Assembly: GCA_020429915.1 (NCBI GenBank)
Contig: JAGQKV010000005.1
Location: forward strand, 136,279-200,278
Reading direction: 5' to 3'
Length of the DNA: 64,000 nucleotides
DNA from: Candidatus Omnitrophota bacterium
Lineage (GTDB): Bacteria; Omnitrophota; Gorgyraeia; Zapsychrales; Zapsychraceae
Under the pieces are notes generated by a model. It worked only from the letters and a program-made list of their open reading frames with translations, did no database searches and was not told the origin of the DNA. Position numbers and translations under genes: made by a program. Below, piece after piece: positions 54,901 through 63,900 of the stretch (position 1 is the stretch's first letter; the number at the start of each line of letters is the position of its first letter).

Positions 54901-57900
54901 GGCAAGCAGTTCAAAGAAATGTATAAGGGAATAGATTTCGAACCGATCGTCTGGGGATCCCGGCCCTATGAAGCCGGTGCGGACGCCAAAGATTTTGCGC
55001 TGCTGGTCGATAACGTTACTGGTCTTAGGAATGAACTGCGGATCGCCCAAGGCAACGCCGAAAACAGCGGAGGATATAAAGCCAGAATTGAAAAAGACGT
55101 GAATCAACGCATCGATGCCGCGCTGGACAAATTCCTTCAAGACCGGTCGCCGAACACGTCAAGAGACGCCATCAAGGAGTTTGTTGTCGAACAGGCCGAT
55201 CAGATCCTTCAACAGTACGACCGGGCGGGAGCTGCATACAGGCATGCCAAAAAAGATTTCGATGCGCATGGAACGCCGGGTCGTGAGGCGCAATCCGAAA
55301 TCCTCAGTCTCTTCTTTACGACAATCAATGAAATGGCCATGATTGAACGAAATCCTTCGCTGGCCGGAAACAACAGAATCGGCCGTGTCATGTCCGCCCC
55401 GACCGGTGCCGGTAAGTCCGTTGCCCTGGCCCTGGCCCTTGATTATTTGACCCGGATAAAGACAGCGGGCGATAAGACGACCATCGTGGCCGTGCCGAAC
55501 TTGAGCGTTAAGAAGGAAGTTATGGATATCGCCCGGATCATGGGGACCCGAATTAATGATGTGAGTGTCGGAAGCGGCGGTGAGACCGGCAAAAGCCTTA
55601 GCTTGGCCAAAGAGTCGATAAATATCGCCTTGCATTCCGAGGCGCAGCAACTTCTATTGAGTGGCCGATTGGGTAAGGACGGAACCGTCAAGAATTACCG
55701 GCTTTTCGTTGACGAAATTGACGAATTCATCCGTATGAACGATATGCGCGAGGGTGATTCCAGTGCGAAGGACGTTGAGCAATTGCGAAATTCTACTTTG
55801 CCCGCAGATAGGCGTCTGCTCCGGCGGGAACAGTCTTTACGGGAAGACATCGAAATTTTTGCCCAGATCGTCGAATCCAGGATCAGGGGGTTTGAAAATC
55901 AGGGAGACATCGCTAATCCGGCAGGTCGGGTGGTCGAACTTCTGGACAATGGAAAAACCCGTTTTATCGACCATGATGGAATCATGGCCGAATTCAAAGC
56001 CGCCTTGGCAGAACGAAAGGGTATGAGCAACCCGGAAGCCGCCTTCCGTGCATTTGAGAGGGAATTGCGTGAGGTCAGTACCGAAACCAACCATAAACGT
56101 GATGATGCTGGGAATATTATTCAGGAGGGGACGCCGGTTAATTTCAACACGTTAATCAACGAAATCGGGGCGAGTATCCGTAGGGGCGAAGGTAGTGGTG
56201 GGGCGTCCTATGACAAAGGGTCCATCACCAAGGTTGCCACCGTTGACCGGGGCGGCAGACAGTCCGATACCACTCCGGAAGTTCGCGAGCAGGCCATGGC
56301 CAATGCGGTTACCGCGCTTATGCGAGCGGCCAGAGACGGACGATTGGAACAAAATTCTCCGGATGCCGAGATTGCCTTCCAGTTGGCCTTGCGGCAAAAG
56401 CCGGCCAGCCGTGTTGCCCGCGCTTCGGATGTTATCGGTCAGGCAGACATGTTTATCGGTTTTTCAGCGACTGCCCAGTCGGTCAAATTCTATTTAGAGA
56501 ATATTGAAGGCGCCGAGATTCGTGTGGTGCGTAGCGAAAGCAACAAAGAAATCGATTCTACCGAAAGATCCGAATTGATGTTGCTTAATGACGACAGTGT
56601 CCGCGATATTGTCGGTCCGGACAGATCCGTGCGCCGCCAAATCGCTTTGATTGAACGCCGCATTTTGGGAACATCCCGGGAAGATACCAAAAGCACCGAC
56701 CTGAACCGTGACCGGATTTGGGTCAAGCTGGATAGCAATAATCAGGTCGTCAGGGCGGAGAAAGGTCAGGAAGGCGCCATAGAAATCAACCGTTCGCCCG
56801 TCACCGGTCTGCTTATCCAGAATCTTGCCTTGTTTGAGGCCTTGAGTAAGCCCGGTACACGGTTGCGTGAGGGTACCGGCGCTGAAAAATACGATGTCGT
56901 GTCAGCGGCAAGCGGCAGTGAAAAAGCGGAAACGGCTGCCAAAGCCAAGATTCAGCGGGCATTGAGTACGGATCTTGTCGTGGAAATACTGCAAACTCAT
57001 AGGGAAATAGCGGCGGCCCGTGAATCAGGTGACAGCGCCAAAGTCAGTGAACTTGATGCCAAGTTGCAAAGACTGGAATCCGAACGCAACGTTGTCGTCG
57101 TCTATAACGGTTTGGTTACAGGTTCAAACATCCTGGGCGCGAACGCGGGTGTCCGATCTCTGCGTGCGCAAGTGGAAGCCGGGGAATTCGCCGTCAAGGA
57201 ACTTACGGAAATGGCGAAGGCCGTGAGCGGGGAAACCACCCGTTCCGGTCTGGACAGCCGCCTTAACACATTGCTTAATTATGTTTCCGACGCCGATAAG
57301 TTCGGTTTGACCAAATCCGCTTCCAGCGTTCAGGGCGCGCTCAAGGAAGCGATGGACCTCAGCCGTCAGCTCGGGGAAACCACGGATGCTGGCAAAGCCA
57401 GTGCTTTGAGTTCACGAATCGCCACCCGGTTGCAGGAGGCCAGCAACGAAGTGTCCCGAGAGTTGCGGCCGATGCAGGAAAGCTACGACTTAACCTCCAA
57501 AATCAATGTCGTCTCGTGGGGAGCCAAGCCGACCGCTGAAACGAGCCAGGCCTTGGGTCGCGGGGATATTAATGAAGATGTCGGTTCCAAGCGTGCGCGC
57601 GTTAACAAGGCCTTGTCTGTTATCGCCATTCATCACGAAGGTGACATCATGAGTGACTCGTTGATCCGGGCCGCAGAGGGTATTTTGGCCAAGGGCGGCG
57701 GAGAACAGCGGGATGCGGACGTCATGGAAATGTTCCGCAAGATCATGGATGAAGCCGGGTTCCGCGGAGAGATGAATCAGGTTGTTCAGGTGGTGCGTCA
57801 GGGAACGCGGACCAATGTCGTTGAGTCGAAGGTCATGGAGTTGGCCGGTAAACGGGCGGAGCAGATAAAGATGGACCGTTTGTTGAATGTTCTTAATACG

Positions 57901-60900
57901 GTCAACGCACGAAATACAGGTAACAGGCTGACCACGATTTCGACCCTGTCAGGATCGGCCTATGAAGGCTTTGCAGCGGCCGTGGATTCCGGATATGCGC
58001 AGACGGGTAAGTTTTCGGACTTGAAACGCACAACAATTACGGCCGTCCAGGATCTGCCGACGTTAGGTCTTTTCGCCAATGAAACACTTGATATCGAATC
58101 AGGTATCATCCAAGGCCGGGCCGCAGCGCCGCAGGTCAAAATCCACTTCGAGGCCACTATGGCTGATGTTGAGAACAAGGCGGGGGCCGTTCTGGATGCC
58201 ATTGAATTTAACAAGCGCGGATTTGCGCAGCGTCTTGCAAATGCGGCTGTTACTGAGTCCAAGACCGACGCTATGCCTATGGCCGTTGCGAATTTTGGCG
58301 ACAGCACTCTCGATGCGACGCAACAAATGGCTGTCGGCAGACTTACGCAGTTACTGCCCTCCCAGGTTGAGGCGTTGGCGAAAGAAAGCGGACTGAGTAC
58401 TGAGTTGGCCCGTGAATTAGGTGAGCAGGTCGAGGCCTTGCAGGAATTCGCCAATACGAACTTGGGGACACAAAGAGTTTCCGTATATTCGTCCGCCGAC
58501 CGACCCTTAAGTGAAATTCAGCTCAATCAAATTCAGAAAAACCTGCAAGCCAATGCCGCCCAGTTTAAGGGCGTAAAGCAGGTGATTCTGCAAAATCGCG
58601 ATGTGGATCAAGCGGATTCCATGGAGGCGATCAAACTGGGAACGGAAAATCAAACCGCGCCGGTTATCTTGCCTGCTAACATAGTCACCCAAACCATATC
58701 TACGCCGATCACGATTACACCGATGACCCTGCCGACGATGACCATGCCGATGTCTCGCGGGGCTACAACGGGGGCGGATCAATCGATTGCCTTCTCCTCA
58801 GATCGGCGCATTCCGGTTGTTTCCACCGCGGGAGATCTGTCGGATGTTGAAAGCGGAACGTTGAAACAAAATTTAGGTTCGGATGATGCGTTTAAGGACG
58901 TCAGCGAGATTGTCCTGTTCGACTCGACCACCGGGCAAACGGACAACACCTTTATAGTGGAAGAGTACGGGCAAAAGACCCTTTTTGTTAATCGTCAATT
59001 AACACAAAAGTTGGCTTCCCGGCCGGTGACCCTCGGAACGGCACGGGACGAAGTCGGTATCATCGAAAGCACCCGGACCGGCGCGCCTGCCCGCGTGCTG
59101 ATGGCCGAAACCAGTGGACAAACTCGATCACAAGTCAAAGTCAATGTCTTCAACATGCCGGAGGCTACGACAGCCAGAACGCGCCCGGTGGCCGTACTGG
59201 CGTACCGTATGCCGGATGCCGCCGACAAGGGCAAGCCGATTACCTATGAACGTATGGAAATTGACGGAGGCACGGTTCGAATTGATACGGCTCAGAGACG
59301 CCGGTCCCAAATCGCCAATCTGACACGAGACTTACAAAAAGCGGAAGCTTCCGGTGATTTGAAAGCCGTGGATCAATTACGCGTAAGGATCGAAAAGCTC
59401 GAAATCGATAATGCGGGATCTCCGGAAACATCCGTCGTGCTTGTTCCGAAGCTCGATGAATTCGGTAATCCGCAGTTGGCCGGTATTATGGTCGACAATC
59501 TGTTTGTTCCGAATTTCGACACAGCGAAAGAACGGCAGTCTGAAATCGCACTTCTGACGCAGAGCCTGAAGCAAGCGGAAGATAACGGCGACACGGCGCG
59601 AGTACAGAACATCACTCAGCAAATTCAGGATCTGAAGATCAACGCCCCTGCGGTTCATGAGGCGGGTGTAACAATCACGCGCTCCATTCCCGTGAGCCGG
59701 GAAATCGCCGGCAATGAGGGCGGCGTCGTCACCAAGCCGGTTCAGGTTTCCCAGCATATTCGGTTCGACGGATTTATGGCCGATTCCGTTGCGGTCGTGC
59801 TTGAAGATACGGATGTTGGAATGGATGCAGGGGACATTATATTTATGTCACCGGCGAGCAGCAATGACAATGTGTTGCTTGTACAGTCGGGAGACAAGGC
59901 TCGCCGAGATGCCGGTCTACCTTTGGTTCGTAGGGACAGCAGAGGGTCCAAAGATCTCAAGGGAGCCATCGTTTTCGGTCAATATATCGATCTGGATCAG
60001 CCGCTTACTAGTGTCAAAATTACGAATTTTGGCCGTGGGTCTGACCAAGGCGCAGACATCGAACGCGTAGCCAATGACGTCGCCCAAATATCTCCGGATA
60101 TGATGCTGGCCTTGGCCAAGGCAAGCAACTTGGATGCGGCAACAGGAAAGCAAATGGTGGCCGAAGTGCGTGCCTTCCAGGACAGACTGACAAATAATCC
60201 GGCCGGCGAATTTACCCGTGAGGAAGTGCAGTCCAGCCTAGGAACAGTCTTCTCTGCGATAGACAGGGCTCCGGATATGGGGGCCAATTTGAAGATTGCC
60301 GCGTTACCGGTATCCGAAAGCAAGGGGCTGCCCTCGCTGCAGCCGATTGTTATCAGAGAAGCTGTGCTTTCCGACCAAAGTTTCACGCGTGGTATCAATT
60401 TATTGTCACAGATCAAACCCGAAATTATACCGGTTCTGGCGAAAGCTGCGCGAATCTCGTCAACCGATGCCAAATTAATGGCGGGTGAAGTCCGTTCGCT
60501 GCAGCGCAGTTTTTCAAGCTCGGTGAGCGGAGTTATGTCCATAAATCAGATCAAAGGTCTTGCCCGGAGAACTGTTGCGGCGATGGAACAGAATTCGGAC
60601 TTTGCCGACGCGGTCCGTTCGGCGGCAAAGGCAACTGAGACGGGAAGTTATGAGTTTGTGTTGGACGACAACGGGAGACAGGCGCTGGAATCCCTTGATT
60701 TGGGTCAGTATGTGGAGACCGGTAAGGATCAGGGATCTGGCTATATTAAGACCCAGATTCCGAAGGCGGTTATCGGGAATGTCATCGTGAACCAGATTCG
60801 GACACAGCGGTTGGCCCGGTTGGCCGATGTAATCGAGAACGACTCTCGATACATCCAGGATGCGACATCGTTGGGCACCGAGTATATCGTTGATGCAGGA

Positions 60901-63900
60901 GATGATGTGGCGACAGAATTGGTCCGGCAGAATAGCCGCTTGGCCAATCAGTTAATCAAGTCTGGCGAAGGTGCCCGGATAGATGCATTATTGACCGAAA
61001 TGGAATTGGCAATTCAAACCAGACAACCCATCAGCCGCAACCAAATTGCCGCCTTATCGGATGCCATTCGGCCTCTGGTGGTAGCCTCGACTGATAATCC
61101 CGAATTGAATATTAAGTCTGGCAGTACATCGATACAATTTGGCCAAAAACGTCTGACCATCGAGGCCCAGGCCGGAAGCCCGGATGCCAGAGACTTGGAA
61201 TTGGCCATGAGTAATCTGCAAAATGTCGATCGGATAGCCCAAGCCTTACCGGCTGTTCAGCGCGTCGCGTTCAGCACCCGCGATGATGCGGATACACCCG
61301 ATATCGGGTTTAGTGACGACGGACAGACCTTGGTAATCAAGAAGTCGCGTGTTAAAGCCCTGGCCCAGGCGGGGGCTGATTCTGCAGCGGTTGTTGGCGG
61401 CATGCAAGTTAATTCTCAAAGTGTTCCGCGTGAACAATTGGGTGTATCCGGCCGGCCGATGGAATTTGATAATCTCAGCATCACCCAAAAGGCGGCCCTC
61501 AGATTTTTACCGCGATTGAACCCCGCGAGTATCCAATCTATTGCAAAATCTGCCGCAGATGCCCAGATTATCGCTTCCGAAGTTCAGGCGATCAAGAAGG
61601 AAATCGGTGCTGAGGGGGCAGTGACCTTGGACAAACTTGCCAAGGTCGCGCCTCGATTGGTTGAGGCCGTTGTTACTGATGGTGGTCTGGGTGTCGATCA
61701 GCGCGGGCTTTCACTGAATCTGACCAATGCAGCCGGTGAGAAAAGCGGGCGGCGAACAGCCTTTAAATGGATGCCGCGTATCGAAAGCAGTGATTTGCCG
61801 ACGCTTGTCAAATCTATGACTCCCTCAGAAATCGGCGAAATGGCCAGGAAGTTTGACATTCCAGTTCTTGAAATCACAAACCCTATGGAAGCGATCAGAT
61901 TTACGGAGCATATGACGCCAAGCGACATAAAGCGGATGGTCGAGTCGGCCGAGGCGCCCGAGATCCTGGAGGCGGTGGTAAGCTTGGGAATCGATTTTGA
62001 GGACAGATCGGGTAAGGAAAAAGGCATTGAAAAACTGACCAGTGAAGTAGCCACTCGATTGTCCAATCAACTCGCCCGGGCGCAGCAGAATGCCGGCGGA
62101 AGCGCAGGCAGTTTGGCGACAACGCTATCCACCGAGGCCCCTGATTTGATCAAGTTCCTCAGTTCCAATAAGGATATGGCCCAGCAGGCTCAATCCCTGG
62201 CCTTGGCCAACCGGATATCCCGGAAATTGACGCCGCAGCTAATTGAGATCAAGAATAAAGCGATGTCCGGTGAGGCCGTATCCGTGGATACTTTGGCCGA
62301 AGAAATTGCGCCGGACCTCACGCGTGCCATCCGCAACAATTCGGACTTTGCCGCACAAACAAGGGTTTTGGCAGCCGTCCGGACATTGACAAAAATGAAC
62401 GGAATTCAATTCGGCAATGCACTCCGTTCTGATGCCGGCTCAAAACTTACGGACAAGGAAATGATGGAAGTGCAAACGCAGTTCCGTGATTTAAAAACGC
62501 AGGTTCCGGAAGGTGTCAATATCTCGATGGAAGAATTGAAAGCCATTGCTCCCAAAATCGTCGAAGTCGTTGCCAGTAACGGTGAATTCCGCCGGGCGTT
62601 GAACGATGCCGCATCCGGACCGAGTCTTGCAACAAAAATCGTCGCGAACGTCGCCAGCGATGTGGATCAGCTCAACTTGGATATAGCCCGGCTGGAGGCG
62701 ACCATTGCATCGTCGTCCCAAGGTTCGGGCGCGAATGCCCCGAGCGTGGTGGGGATCGGACAGGTAGATTCTGTCGTGACGGCAGCCGCTCTGCGTGTGA
62801 TGTTGGGTGCGGATACAAGCGATATGCAAGCCAAACTGGCCGGAGTTGGAGTAACTGTGGACGAGTTTGATGTGGCCGGTCGGCTGAAGGCTGTCCAGGA
62901 AATGAATTTCGACAAACCGGTCGTGGAGTTGAGTGACATAGAGAAAGCCGATCCGGAATTGGTCCAAAAGGTCAGAAAGAACAAGGATATTGCCAGAGTC
63001 ATTGTTGAAAATGCAGCTGTGGCAGTTATTCGATCCATGACGCCTAAACAGTTCGAGCAAATATCGCGGCAATATCGCCCGACATTGGGATCCGATAATG
63101 TGAGTAAGATGGAAGCGGAAATCGCTGATATCGAAATGAACCGTGCTCCGGGAGCGAGCGTACAGGAGGTGGATGTCGCGCAACAGGCGCCCGCTCTCAT
63201 GACGGCCGTGAAACTGAACCCGCAGTTCGCCGCTTCGATAGCTTCCCTGGGAACCGATTCCGTAGATTCCGTCGCCGTTACCCGTCAGGCTCCGATCTTA
63301 GACAATCTTTTGCGTCGTAAGAAAACAAAGATTTTCTCCACACTGGAAGCAAAGACAGCCATCAAGACTTTGGATATCAAGGTTCTTGGCAATGTTGTCA
63401 CGGAACTGCAAATGGCAGGCGAGCTTTCGGAATCAGAGGCGGATGCTGTAATGACAGGTATCAATATTGCCAGAAGTGATCCGAGCATGCTTTCAGATAA
63501 CCACCGGATGCAGAACGAGGCCCCGGCATTATTCGGTGCGCTCAACCGTTCACAAATAGTAAGTCGGCTGAAACAGGAGGTTAGCCGGCCGCGGGAGGCA
63601 GACAAGTTTGTCGCTTTAAGTCAGATGGCGAATATCTCCCGGGATGATCTCGGTGCGGCGCTCAAGGAGTCAGGTTACTTGGCCGGCCGGGACAATATAC
63701 TTAAACAATTTGACAAAATTCAGTCCAATCCCGATCCGGACGTACGGGTAGACCTCGAACTGATGGCCAAAGCCGGAGCTCCTGATTTGGCGAAGGCCTT
63801 CGATAATGCGCGCTTTACGCACACGATGGCCTCACGGGTGGACTCCTCCGTTGCCAAGACACAAGTTTTGGCGGCGCGGGCAGTGGAAGTGGTGGATTCT

